A stretch of DNA of 64,000 nucleotides from positions 1,280,001-1,344,000 of the forward strand of contig OY762492.1 in assembly GCA_963665845.2 (NCBI GenBank), in the 5' to 3' direction. This DNA is from Candidatus Poribacteria bacterium. Lineage in GTDB: Bacteria; Poribacteria; WGA-4E; GCA-2687025. Below the pieces are notes generated by a model. The model was not told the origin of the DNA, ran no database searches, and saw only the letters and a program-made list of their open reading frames with translations. A program made the translations under genes and the position numbers. Shown piece after piece: positions 1-9,175 of this stretch. Numbering within the stretch: position 1 is the first letter of the stretch; the number at the start of each line of letters is the position of its first letter.

Positions 1-1
1 T

Positions 2-1003
2 ATACACCTCAAACGCCTTGTCCGTTTGACCCATGATCTGGTACACGTTTGCAATGCGCGTGTAGAGATACGAGAAGGTGGGCTGCAGCGCCGAGGCGCG
101 TTCGTACTGCTCAACCGCGTCTTCAAAAAAGCCATGCCTTTGAAATAGATACCCCAGCTGCATCCGCTGGCTGTACTGCTCGTTGTCGGCGTCCACGGTG
201 CGCAGCCATGCCTCGCGCGCTTTTTCTCGGTCGCCTTTTGCGGCGTAGGCTCCGCCAAGCGATTCCAGCAGGTTCGAGTCGCCGGGGCGCCGCTCAAGAG
301 CCTTTTCTAATAGGCGCACCGCGTCGTCCATACGCCCCTGCTGCTGGTACACTTCCGCCAACTGATCCAGCAGGCTCGCATTGTTCGGCGTCATGCCGAG
401 CCGTTTTGTGAGAAGCGCCTCCGCTTTCTCCGCTTCTCCCGACTGTATCAGGAGGCTTGTGAGACGGCCGACCGCGCTGCTGAAGTACATTGAGTTCGGG
501 TACTGCTCAATAAACGATTCGTACGCATTCGCCGATTTCTCCGGTTTCGCCCCGCCCATCTCCAGATAGGTTCCCAACGAATAGTGGGCGTATTCCGCGG
601 CGGTCGTGTTCGGATAAGCGCGGATCAGGTTTTCGCACATCGTCTGCGCTTCCGTATACTGATAACGGCGGAGATACATATTTCCCCAGAGCGAGACGAT
701 AGAGTAGATGTAGGAGTCGTCCGGTCCCGCCTCAACGCCCTTCGCATACGCCTTGCGGGCGTTTTCCAGTTCTTCCAAGTTGCCGTATGCCTGTCCGAGG
801 CGCATATAGATACGGGTTAGGTACCTGTAGTCAGGATTTTCGGACGCAAAGGTTTCATACGCCGCCGCCGCTTCCCGCCATTTCGCCTGCGAATACAGCT
901 GGTCTGCATGCGTCGGCTCGCTCTCCTGCGCATACGCCGGCATAAGGGCGCCGATCAACAGCGCGCATACGCAAACGAGGCGAATCTGAACCGCAGCCGT
1001 CAT
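2..1003 (-). CDS. Exported TPR-repeat protein (partial, runs off the window start)
   Basis: Absent from the ORF track. Manual translation from ATG 1003 gives MTAAVQIRLVCVCALLIGALMPAYAQESEP... (signal peptide), then TPR-like units (LGQAYGNLEELENARKAY, LAEVYQQQGRMDDAVRLLEKAL). No stop before position 1. Confidence 0.85.
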   Translation of the reverse strand, partial: MTAAVQIRLVCVCALLIGALMPAYAQESEPTHADQLYSQAKWREAAAAYETFASENPDYRYLTRIYMRLGQAYGNLEELENARKAYAKGVEAGPDDSYIYSIVSLWGNMYLRRYQYTEAQTMCENLIRAYPNTTAAEYAHYSLGTYLEMGGAKPEKSANAYESFIEQYPNSMYFSSAVGRLTSLLIQSGEAEKAEALLTKRLGMTPNNASLLDQLAEVYQQQGRMDDAVRLLEKALERRPGDSNLLESLGGAYAAKGDREKAREAWLRTVDADNEQYSQRMQLGYLFQRHGFFEDAVEQYERASALQPTFSYLYTRIANVYQIMGQTDKAFEVY

Positions 1004-1026
1004 GGGCGTCTCTCTGTAAGCGGCCG

Positions 1027-2379
1027 TTAGATGTTGAACACTCCTGGGAGAACCCAGACATATTTCACCGCCAGCGTCCAGCGCAATGCCATCTTGATGG
1101 GAACGCCGAGCATGATCAAAAGCAGGTTTGAAACGATGAAAAAGCGCAGCAGTCCGAGGTCCGCCACTTTTGAGACGATCCATTCAGGGATCGTTTCCAT
1201 GACCGCGGCGCGCCAACGCTCCCAGTTTTCTCGACGCCTCAAATGCAGCAGCAGCCACAAGAGAAGCGCCGCCGTCAAGACGGTTGCCATCGAGAACAGA
1301 AACGCCGCATACGCCCCCAACAGCAGCAGACAAAGGAGAAAACCAGCCGCCCCCAGCGACGGAATCCTCAAGAGTCCCAAGAAGATCAACGCCGGCAATT
1401 TCATCGACCAGATAAACAGGTCTAGCGCCAAGCCTGTCGGCGTCATTTTTTGCGGATCGGTTCCGGCGATCCAGTCGACCGTCAGGAGCGGGGAGCCGTC
1501 TCGAATGCGGCTCGTTTCAGGGTCGACGATCTCGCGCCGGCGAAGGACGCGCCTGCCGTAAAGATACCCCATCGGCGCCAGTCCGAGGTAACCCATCACC
1601 GCCGCGGCTCCGATCAGAATGCCGAGCGGTTTTTGGGCGTCAAAATGGGACGCGACGGCGACGCCGCCTTCCATGTTCAGGGCGTCCATGATGCCGGCGA
1701 CCCATGATCCGATCAGGTTCGACATATCGACGTTGTTGAGCGGGACGATCTTATGCGGGTCCCACGTTTCAAACAGGCCGAAGAAGTTCCAGCCCGGTCC
1801 GCGAAGGAAGGTGCCGATGAAGATCTGGGCGCACCATAAGACGAAGAAGCCGAAAAAGAAGACCGCAATCGCAAAGGGGCGCTCCCGCACCGTGTAGTAG
1901 CCCGACCCCGACTCGTTTGAATCCACATACGGGATCGCAATCAGACCCATGATAATGAGTCCGGGCAGGACGACGCCCGCAAACCATGGGTCGAAATAGA
2001 CCAGCATCTCCTGCAAGCCTAGAAAATACCATGGCGCTTTGGAGGGGTTCGGCGTTGTGGACGGATCGGCAGGCTCCTCCAGCGGCGCGTCCAGCGCGAC
2101 CGACCAGACCGTCATGATGACCATGACGATGATCAGCGCCAGGAACTCAAGGCGCGTCAGATAGGGCCAGGTTTGCGTCTTCTCGCCGGACTGCTCAATG
2201 AGGGGAAGTCCGGCGCGCCGCCGCCGGTCGTTCTCCATTCCCTGAACGATTCCCCAGCCGGTAAAGAAGGCGAGCAGCGGGTAAAGACCCAGAACAGGCA
2301 CATTGTCCGGCTTGCTGATGATGAGCCAGAAGTTGTTGAAGTCAAGGTCTTGGATTGCATGTACGATGGCGTCGATCAC
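1027..2379 (-). CDS. petD: Cytochrome b C-terminal subunit (subunit IV/PetD-like, extended) of a Rieske/cytochrome b complex
   Basis: LEEPADPSTTPNPSKAPWYFLGLQE is the PEWY-equivalent loop. Multiple TM helices. Downstream of cytochrome b6. Confidence 0.8.
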   Translation of the reverse strand: MIDAIVHAIQDLDFNNFWLIISKPDNVPVLGLYPLLAFFTGWGIVQGMENDRRRRAGLPLIEQSGEKTQTWPYLTRLEFLALIIVMVIMTVWSVALDAPLEEPADPSTTPNPSKAPWYFLGLQEMLVYFDPWFAGVVLPGLIIMGLIAIPYVDSNESGSGYYTVRERPFAIAVFFFGFFVLWCAQIFIGTFLRGPGWNFFGLFETWDPHKIVPLNNVDMSNLIGSWVAGIMDALNMEGGVAVASHFDAQKPLGILIGAAAVMGYLGLAPMGYLYGRRVLRRREIVDPETSRIRDGSPLLTVDWIAGTDPQKMTPTGLALDLFIWSMKLPALIFLGLLRIPSLGAAGFLLCLLLLGAYAAFLFSMATVLTAALLLWLLLHLRRRENWERWRAAVMETIPEWIVSKVADLGLLRFFIVSNLLLIMLGVPIKMALRWTLAVKYVWVLPGVFNI

Positions 2380-2395
2380 GTATTCTTCTCCAGCC

Positions 2396-2560
2396 TCAAA
2401 CTGCCCACACGGTCAAAACGATCAGCAGCAATATCAGCAGCGCCGCAACGGCGGCTATAACAACGGCGCAGCCCCAGCAGCCGCCCCGGCAGCCTTCCCG
2501 TCCAAAAAGCGCATAGACAATCAACACAACCAAGCATGCGCCGACCATCAATTCGAGCAT
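2396..2560 (-). CDS. Small 54-aa two-TM protein with Cys-rich loop
   Basis: Manual translation MLELMVGACLVVLIVYALFGREGCRGGCWGCAVVIAAVAALLILLLIVLTVWAV*. AAGGAG RBS upstream. Fills the gap between petB and petD. Confidence 0.7.
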   Translation of the reverse strand: MLELMVGACLVVLIVYALFGREGCRGGCWGCAVVIAAVAALLILLLIVLTVWAV

Positions 2561-2587
2561 CGCTTGAACGCTCCTTTTTCGACATTC

Positions 2588-3355
2588 TCACATCGGCCCC
2601 GATATGCCGCCGTCCTTGCGGACGCGCCAAAAGTGAACCGCCATCAAAATGGAGGCGATCAACGGGACAAAAATGCAGTGAAGCACATAAAAGCGCAGCA
2701 GGGCGACCTCGCCGACCGTCGTACCCCCCAGCAGCACAAAGCGGATGTCGTTCGCCTGCGTCACAAACTCCGGCGTCAGCGGACCCTCCGCGCCGATGCC
2801 TGGATGCGACTTCGCCATCGTGGTGCCGACCGTCACCGCCCAGTACGCCAGCTGATCCCACGGCAGGAGATAGCCCGTGAAGCTCAAAAACAGCGTCAAC
2901 ACGAGCAGCACGACGCCGACGCCCCAGTTGAACTCGCGCGGCTTCTTATACGAGCCTGTCATGAAGACGCGCAGCATATGCAGCCAGATTGCAATCACCA
3001 TCCCATGCGCTGCCCAGCGGTGCATGTTCCGCAGCAGCGGACCGAAGGAGACGTCAAACGCCAGATGCGTGATGTCTGTGTAGGCGTACTCCGGCGTCGG
3101 GCGGTAGTAAAACATGAGCAGGACGCCCGTGACGGTACAGATGAGAAACATCAGAAAGGTGATGCCGCCCATGCACCATGTAAAACGTATCTTCGTCGCG
3201 TGGCGGGCGACCGAGACCGGATGGAGATGCAGGAAAACGTTGTTGAGAATCTGCAAAGCGCGGTTGCGCCGAGTGTCTTTGTAGTCGTGCCGAAACATCG
3301 ACTTCCAGACCTGCGATCCGGTGATTGAGTCTTTCAGATTCTGCCAAAACGCCAT
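2588..3355 (-). CDS. petB: Cytochrome b6-type N-terminal subunit
   Basis: WCMGGITF (heme ci Cys position), [30 protein letters not shown]...VHF heme b His pairs. Confidence 0.95.
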   Translation of the reverse strand: MAFWQNLKDSITGSQVWKSMFRHDYKDTRRNRALQILNNVFLHLHPVSVARHATKIRFTWCMGGITFLMFLICTVTGVLLMFYYRPTPEYAYTDITHLAFDVSFGPLLRNMHRWAAHGMVIAIWLHMLRVFMTGSYKKPREFNWGVGVVLLVLTLFLSFTGYLLPWDQLAYWAVTVGTTMAKSHPGIGAEGPLTPEFVTQANDIRFVLLGGTTVGEVALLRFYVLHCIFVPLIASILMAVHFWRVRKDGGISGPM

Positions 3356-3398
3356 GATTCTCCTCTCGCCAGTATCAATGTTCTCATTTCAAGCGCCG

Positions 3399-3923
3399 TT
3401 ATGCGACCGGGCGCGGCGTCTCGATGATGCTCCGCGCGTCGGACCATTGCCCCTTCTCTTCTCGGTACCGCTGCGCCTTGTCGATGACGACCTGCCCCTC
3501 CAGCATCTGAATCGCCAGCTTTTCAAGCGGACGCGGCGCTGGACCTTCAAAGTTGACGCCGTACGGATAAAATCCGCTGCCGTGGCATGGGCATTTGAAT
3601 TTGCCCTCGTTTTCAAGCCAGCGCGGGGTGCAGCCCAGATGGGTGCATTGCGCATAAAAGGCGTAGATGCCATGCTTGCCGGTCGTCGGGTCGTCGCCAT
3701 GGACGATCCAGACCCGCTCGGTCGTCTTGTAGTTTTCATACACGCGGATGCGCCCGCCCGGATCCGGCGGGTAGTTGGAGGGCGGACCCGCCTTGAACTC
3801 CGTCGCCGGCTCATAAAGCGCGCGGGGGAAAAGAAACTTGACAAGGAGAAACAAGGAGCTCCCCGCCATACCCGCGAGCGTTCCGATCCAGCCAAACGCC
3901 TTGAAAAATTTTCGCCGACCCAT
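3399..3923 (-). CDS. petC: Rieske 2Fe-2S subunit
   Basis: CTHLGC and CPCHGS boxes, GPAPRPL. Start set at MGRRKFF (Tat-like RR, GGAGG RBS). Confidence 0.95.
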   Translation of the reverse strand: MGRRKFFKAFGWIGTLAGMAGSSLFLLVKFLFPRALYEPATEFKAGPPSNYPPDPGGRIRVYENYKTTERVWIVHGDDPTTGKHGIYAFYAQCTHLGCTPRWLENEGKFKCPCHGSGFYPYGVNFEGPAPRPLEKLAIQMLEGQVVIDKAQRYREEKGQWSDARSIIETPRPVA

Positions 3924-4036
3924 CGCTCCTCCGTAAATTTCTACACCGTCCAACGTCCGTCCAGGCGCGTTGCGCGATAATCGCCGCCAACGCATATTGT
4001 TCCATACTCTTGCCATGCGCGTCAACTGTTTTTTTT

Positions 4037-4203
4037 CTGACCCTGCATCTTTAGTTGGAACATGGCGGCGGGTGGACGCGGACGTCGTCTGCGGCGCCCC
4101 TAGATTCCCGCTTGCGCGGGAATGACGACCTGGTTGATGGCGCTTTTTCCCATGAATAGAGCGGTCATTCGTTCAGATGTCCCAACTTTCAGCATGAGGT
4201 CGG
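4037..4203. repeat. Composite MITE-like element: imperfect terminal inverted repeats around a REP-like palindrome (4101-4126)
   Basis: Left CTGACC-N10-AGTTGGAACAT; right end reverse-complements to CCGACC-N10-AGTTGGGACAT; internal AGATTCCCGCTTGCGCGGGAATGAC. Confidence 0.6.
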
Positions 4204-4214
4204 AAAGAAGAATG

Positions 4215-4243
4215 TTGCCGTACGCCGCCGTATCCTGTATGAT
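4215..4243 (+). promoter_or_regulatory. Putative sigma70 promoter
   Basis: TTGCCG-N17-TATGAT upstream of the lipoprotein/trkAH/selAB genes. Confidence 0.5.
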
Positions 4244-4276
4244 TGTATATGCGACTTCAGAACACAGGAAAGAAAA

Positions 4277-4849
4277 ATGAACGCAATCCCGAAGCTTTTT
4301 TTGACGACCGCTCTTGCCTTCGCCATCGCCCTCGCCAGCTGCGGCGATACTAAAGACCCTGTCGAGCCGATCGATCCCGGTCCGCAGGATCCCTGGGACG
4401 GACCATGGGGCATCCTCTCCGTCGACAATGTTCGCCCCAGCTCCGTCAACTCCACCTGGTTTGTTGAAGACAACGATGTTGGCTCCTTCACCAACAATGT
4501 CTCGTTTTACGCAAAGAGCCTGAAGTATGTGATCCGCCTCACATGGACCTACACACATGTTGACGGAACCCGTATGCCGACCGGCTCCAAAGTCGTTTAT
4601 ACGCAGGAAGGCTCCTACACGCGCGACGATCAAAATTACACGCTCACCGCCAATAACGACGGCTCCGTCAATGTCGCCTCCGCCATTAGGGTGCTGGACA
4701 ACTTCGTCGTCGGGGAAAGCTTTTTTAAGGCGGAAGGGATGAAATGGGCGACGCAAGGGACCGAGTCCGGAACCTGGAAACGCGAAGGAACCGTTCTCAC
4801 CCTGACAAGCGACGGCGGGCTGATACGCGAATTTAAAAGCCGGCGCTAG
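4277..4849 (+). CDS. Hypothetical lipoprotein
   Basis: Signal peptide with LASC lipobox; beta-rich mature part. Confidence 0.75.
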   Translation: MNAIPKLFLTTALAFAIALASCGDTKDPVEPIDPGPQDPWDGPWGILSVDNVRPSSVNSTWFVEDNDVGSFTNNVSFYAKSLKYVIRLTWTYTHVDGTRMPTGSKVVYTQEGSYTRDDQNYTLTANNDGSVNVASAIRVLDNFVVGESFFKAEGMKWATQGTESGTWKREGTVLTLTSDGGLIREFKSRR

Positions 4850-4896
4850 GGCATGACGACCTGCGCGGAGCCGAACCATAGAACCGCGAGACTCCG

Positions 4897-6249
4897 ATGC
4901 GCGCTGTGATCGTTGGAGCCGGCGAGATCGGTTACCATATCGCAAAAGCGCTCACCGACGAGCAATGCGATGTCGTCCTGATCGACAAGTCCAAAGAGGC
5001 GCTGCATAGAGTCGAAGAGCGGCTGGATCTGATGACGATCCACGGCTCCGGCTCGTCGCCTGTCATTCTGGAGAGGGCGGGCATTTCCTCCGCCGACTTC
5101 TCCATCGCCGTAACCCATGACGACGATGTGAATGTGATCGCCTCCATCGTCGCGCAAAAAAGCGGCGTTTTGACAAAGATCGCGCGCGTCTCGTCGTTGA
5201 ACTACTTCTCAAAGCAGTCGATACTCGCCCCCTCCGATGTCGGCATTGATCTGCTTGTGAACCCTGAAATGCTGTCGGCGGAGGAGTTTCTGCGCCTGCT
5301 TTCCGCGCCGGAAGCGCGGGAGCTGGTCGAATTCGCCCAAGGGCGCGTGCAGTTGATCGCCTTTGAGGTGCGCCCCGACAACAACCTGCGCAACCATTCC
5401 ATCGAAGACCTGCGCAAGAATATCATTCGCCGAGACCTGCTTTTCGCCGCCATCAAAAAGCCGGACGGCTCCGTCGTCATACCTAAAGGAAGCGATGTGA
5501 TTCGCGGCGGAGACGAGCTGTTTGCGGTCGGAAGCGGCGAGAGCGTCGCCCATCTGATGAGCTGCTCAGGCGCCAGCCGCATCGCCTTGGAGCGGGTCGT
5601 CATCAACGGGGCGGGGCGAATCGGCCTCGCGCTCGGTCGGTTGGTTGAAAAGAGCGGCGCCAAAGCGGTCGTCATCGAAAAAGACCGCGCCGCCGCCCAA
5701 GCCGCCGCCGAGCAGCTCGCCAGAGCGGATGTCATCCACGGCGACGTCCATGACGAAGAGGTTTTGGAAGACGCGGCGGTGGACGCCGCGGACGGGTTCG
5801 TCTCCGTCACCGGCGACGACGACAGCGACGTCATGGCATGCGTCTCCTCCAAGAAGAAGGGCTGCCCCCGCGTCCTGACGCTGATCCAAAAGCCCCGCTA
5901 TCTTCCGATCATCAAGTCGATACCGATGCTGGACGGCGCTGTCAGCCGGCACCTTGCCGCCGTCGGAGCGGCGCTGAAACTGATTCGCAGGGGCAATGTG
6001 ATCTCCGTCGCCGCGCTTCATGAAATCGACGCCGAGGCGCTGGAGCTGGTCGCGCGGCGAACCGCCAGAGTCGCCGGCAAGGAGCTTTCCAGCCTCGACA
6101 TGCCGGAGGACGCGATCATCGGAGCCATCGTGCGCGACGGAATGGTCATCATTCCGAAAGGCTCCGACGCGATCATGCCGGACGACCGCGTCGTCGTCTT
6201 CTGCCTGCCGCATGCGATACAGCCGGTGGAGCGGCTCTTTTCAGGTTAG
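4897..6249 (+). CDS. trkA: Trk K+ uptake NAD-binding subunit
   Basis: Two RCK_N domains with GxGxxG (GAGEIG, GAGRIG) plus two RCK_C domains. Confidence 0.95.
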   Translation: MRAVIVGAGEIGYHIAKALTDEQCDVVLIDKSKEALHRVEERLDLMTIHGSGSSPVILERAGISSADFSIAVTHDDDVNVIASIVAQKSGVLTKIARVSSLNYFSKQSILAPSDVGIDLLVNPEMLSAEEFLRLLSAPEARELVEFAQGRVQLIAFEVRPDNNLRNHSIEDLRKNIIRRDLLFAAIKKPDGSVVIPKGSDVIRGGDELFAVGSGESVAHLMSCSGASRIALERVVINGAGRIGLALGRLVEKSGAKAVVIEKDRAAAQAAAEQLARADVIHGDVHDEEVLEDAAVDAADGFVSVTGDDDSDVMACVSSKKKGCPRVLTLIQKPRYLPIIKSIPMLDGAVSRHLAAVGAALKLIRRGNVISVAALHEIDAEALELVARRTARVAGKELSSLDMPEDAIIGAIVRDGMVIIPKGSDAIMPDDRVVVFCLPHAIQPVERLFSG

Positions 6250-6259
6250 AGGCTCGGCT

Positions 6260-7759
6260 GTGAACAAAAAAGTTGTCGCCTACACCCTCAGCAACCTGCT
6301 GCTTTTTCTTGCCGCCGCTCTTGCCGCGCCTCTTTTCGTCGCCGTTTACTATAGCCGCGTTCACGGAGAGACCGGCGTCGCTTCGTTCCTTTTGTCGATT
6401 GTTGTGGCCGCTGTAGTCGGTTTCGCCGGACGGATCATTTTAAAGGGAAACGCGGAGCTGCGAAACCGCGAAGGGATTGCCGCCGTCGCTCTCGGTTGGA
6501 CGGCGGTCGCGCTGTTCGGCGCTTTGCCGTTTCTGTTTGAGGGCGTCTTTGCCGAACCTGGACGCAGCAAATTTGAAGAGCTTGTCTTTTGCTTTTTTGA
6601 ATCGATCTCTGGGTTCACGACGACCGGCGCCACCGTCCTGACCGACATCGAATCGGTCCCCCATGCCGTTCTTTTTTGGAGAAGCTTGACCCACTGGCTC
6701 GGCGGAATGGGCATCGTGGTGCTGGCGGTCGCGATCCTGCCGCTTCTCGGCGTCGGCGGAATGCAGCTGTACCGCGCTGAAGCTCCCGGACCCGAAACGG
6801 ACCGCCTCACCCCCCGCATCGCGCAGACCGCCAAGCTCATGTGGGGGATCTATGCGGTCGTCTCCGCCGCCGAGTTCATCCTGCTCTGGGCGGGCGGAAT
6901 GGCGCCCTTCGACGCCGCCTGCCACACCTTCGGAACCATGGCGACCGGCGGATTCTCCACCAAAAATGGAAGCATTCAGCATTACAACAGCCTCTATTTC
7001 GACCTCGTCATTCTTGTTTTCATGTTTCTGGCGGGAACCAACTTTGCGCTCCATCTGAAACTGATACGCGGCGACTTCAAGGCGCATATTCAAGACTCCG
7101 AATTCCGCTTCTACGCCGCCGTCTTCGCCGGCGCCGTCCTGCTGATCATATGGAACGTCATGCGCCCCTCCAACGGCGGCGCGCCCGTCTACGACTCGCT
7201 TCCCGAAGCGGCGCGGTATGCTTCGTTTCAGGTTGGAACGATCCTCACCACCACGGGCTACGCCACCGCCGACTTTGAGATGTGGCCCGCCTTGTCGCAG
7301 GCGCTTCTCGTGATACTCATGCTGTTTGGAGGATGCGCAGGCTCCACCGCCGGCGGCATGAAACATATCCGCATGATGCTGCTTCTCAAGCACGGGTATG
7401 TGGAGGTGAAACGGCTCATCAAGCCCAGATCGGTCATCGCGATTCGGGTCGGCGGCAGGGTCGTCTCGCCCGACATTATGCGAAACATACTCGGTTTCTT
7501 TTTTCTGTTTATGGCGCTTTTCGCCGTCGCAACCTGCTTTATGGCGGCGCTCGGCATGGACATTGTCAGCGCCGGCAGCTCCGTCATTGCGGCGATGTTC
7601 AATATCGGACCGGGGCTTGGAACGGTCGGTCCCACCGACAATTACGCGCACATACCGACGCTCGGCAAATGCGCGCTCTCCTTCTGTATGCTGCTGGGGC
7701 GTTTGGAGCTGTTTACGGTTCTGGCGCTCTTCATGCCTCAACTGTGGAAACGGCGATGA
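6260..7759 (+). CDS. trkH: Trk K+ uptake membrane subunit
   Basis: GTG start. FESISGFTTTGAT, WLGGMG, ATGGFS, TTTGY, GGCAGSTAGGMK, NIGPG, GRLE motifs. Confidence 0.95.
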   Translation: MNKKVVAYTLSNLLLFLAAALAAPLFVAVYYSRVHGETGVASFLLSIVVAAVVGFAGRIILKGNAELRNREGIAAVALGWTAVALFGALPFLFEGVFAEPGRSKFEELVFCFFESISGFTTTGATVLTDIESVPHAVLFWRSLTHWLGGMGIVVLAVAILPLLGVGGMQLYRAEAPGPETDRLTPRIAQTAKLMWGIYAVVSAAEFILLWAGGMAPFDAACHTFGTMATGGFSTKNGSIQHYNSLYFDLVILVFMFLAGTNFALHLKLIRGDFKAHIQDSEFRFYAAVFAGAVLLIIWNVMRPSNGGAPVYDSLPEAARYASFQVGTILTTTGYATADFEMWPALSQALLVILMLFGGCAGSTAGGMKHIRMMLLLKHGYVEVKRLIKPRSVIAIRVGGRVVSPDIMRNILGFFFLFMALFAVATCFMAALGMDIVSAGSSVIAAMFNIGPGLGTVGPTDNYAHIPTLGKCALSFCMLLGRLELFTVLALFMPQLWKRR

Positions 7760-9165
7760 ACGACGTCCAGCGATCCGCCCTGCGCAGCCTGCCCGTTGTC
7801 GATGAGGCGCTCAACAAGCCTGTTCTGGCGCCTTACGCGAAGCGTTTTCGCCGCCGTTTTTTAAAGCGCCTCGTCCAAGAGGAAATCGAACGGGCGCGTC
7901 AACGCATTCTGAACAGCCCCGACAATCCGCCGACCCTCTCCGCCGAAGAAGCCGCCCAATCTGCCGCAAACCGCCTTGCGCGCCGGACGCTCCCTCTCCG
8001 CCGAGTCATCAACGCGACCGGAACGGTCACGCATACGAACCTGGGGCGCTCCATTTTGCCTGAAGCGGCGGCAGACGCGCTTTTAACGGCGGCGAGTCAT
8101 TGCGTCAACCTTGAATACGACCTTCAAAAAGGCGGAAGAGGCGGCCGATACCAGAGCGTCGAAACCGCTTTAAAACGGCTGACGCAGGCGGAAGCGGCTG
8201 TCGTCGTCAACAACAACGCCGCCGCCGTTCTGATCGCGCTCAAAACGCTCGCCGAGGGGCGCGAAACGATCGTCTCGCGCGGCGAGCTGATCGAGATCGG
8301 CGGCTCCTTCAGGCTTCCCGATGTGATGGAGGCGGCGGGAACAACGCTGCGCGAGGTCGGGACGACCAACCGAACCCACCCGCGCGACTACGAAAACGCG
8401 GTCAACGAAAACACGGCGCTGCTACTCAAGGCGCATCCCAGCAACTACGCGGTTCAAGGTTTCACGCGCGAAACCTCCATCGAACAGCTTGCCGAGATCG
8501 GACGCCAACGCGGTTTGCCGGTGATGGAAGACCTCGGCAGCGGCGCGGTGATCCGCCTAGAGCAGTACGGGTTGCCGATGGAACCTACGCCGTCAGACCG
8601 CCTCGCCGCGGGCGCGGACATCGTAACCTTCAGCGGCGACAAGCTCCTCGGCGGGCCGCAGGCGGGAATACTGGTCGGCAAGGCGGCGCTGATAGAACAG
8701 ATCAAACGGCATCCGCTCATGCGCGCCGTCAGGGTTGGAAAATTGACGCTTGCCGCGCTCTCCGCTGTTCTGGATCTTTATGAAACGTCCGCGCGTCCTG
8801 AGCAGGAGCTTCCGATGCTTCGACAGATGACGCAGCCTCTGCGGAAGGTGAAACGGCGCGCCCGCCGATTCGTCCAAAAATGCGCGCAAGAGATGGACGG
8901 CGCCGCTGAAGTTGCTGTCATGCCGTCCGAAGCGCAAATCGGAAGCGGCGCCCAGCCGATGTCTCCGATACAGAGCGCGGCGGCGACCCTCCGCCCCGCG
9001 GATCCGCGCGCGTCTATTGAGCGGTGGGAAGCGGTCCTGCGTTCCGCCGACCCGCCCGTCATCGCGCGCCTTCAACGCGGGCGGCTCTGGTTCGACTTCC
9101 GCACGGTACGCCCGTCAGACGAGAGCGACCTGCTCCGCGCCGTCCGCCTTTTGAAAACTCCATGA
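7756..9165 (+). CDS. selA: L-seryl-tRNA(Sec) selenium transferase
   Basis: VINATGTVTHTNLGR, VNNNAAAV, SRGELIEIGGSFR, FSGDKLLGGPQAG (PLP Lys). ATG overlaps the trkH stop. Confidence 0.97.
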   Translation: MNDVQRSALRSLPVVDEALNKPVLAPYAKRFRRRFLKRLVQEEIERARQRILNSPDNPPTLSAEEAAQSAANRLARRTLPLRRVINATGTVTHTNLGRSILPEAAADALLTAASHCVNLEYDLQKGGRGGRYQSVETALKRLTQAEAAVVVNNNAAAVLIALKTLAEGRETIVSRGELIEIGGSFRLPDVMEAAGTTLREVGTTNRTHPRDYENAVNENTALLLKAHPSNYAVQGFTRETSIEQLAEIGRQRGLPVMEDLGSGAVIRLEQYGLPMEPTPSDRLAAGADIVTFSGDKLLGGPQAGILVGKAALIEQIKRHPLMRAVRVGKLTLAALSAVLDLYETSARPEQELPMLRQMTQPLRKVKRRARRFVQKCAQEMDGAAEVAVMPSEAQIGSGAQPMSPIQSAAATLRPADPRASIERWEAVLRSADPPVIARLQRGRLWFDFRTVRPSDESDLLRAVRLLKTP

Positions 9166-9175
9166 AAACGGCGCC

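Noticed and set aside
49-820. Short plus-strand ORFs at the window start and many Arg/Pro-rich overlapping ORFs elsewhere
   Set aside because: Shadow ORFs of real genes in GC-rich DNA. The true gene here is the minus-strand TPR protein.
4037-4203. Integron attC interpretation of the GTTGG...CCAAC inverted repeats
   Set aside because: The orientation is opposite to attC (RYYYAAC...GTTRRRY) and no integrase is present.
6020-7755. ORF-track starts at 6020 (trkH) and 7282 (selA)
   Set aside because: They overlap upstream genes in other frames. Family-like sequence begins at 6260 and 7756.
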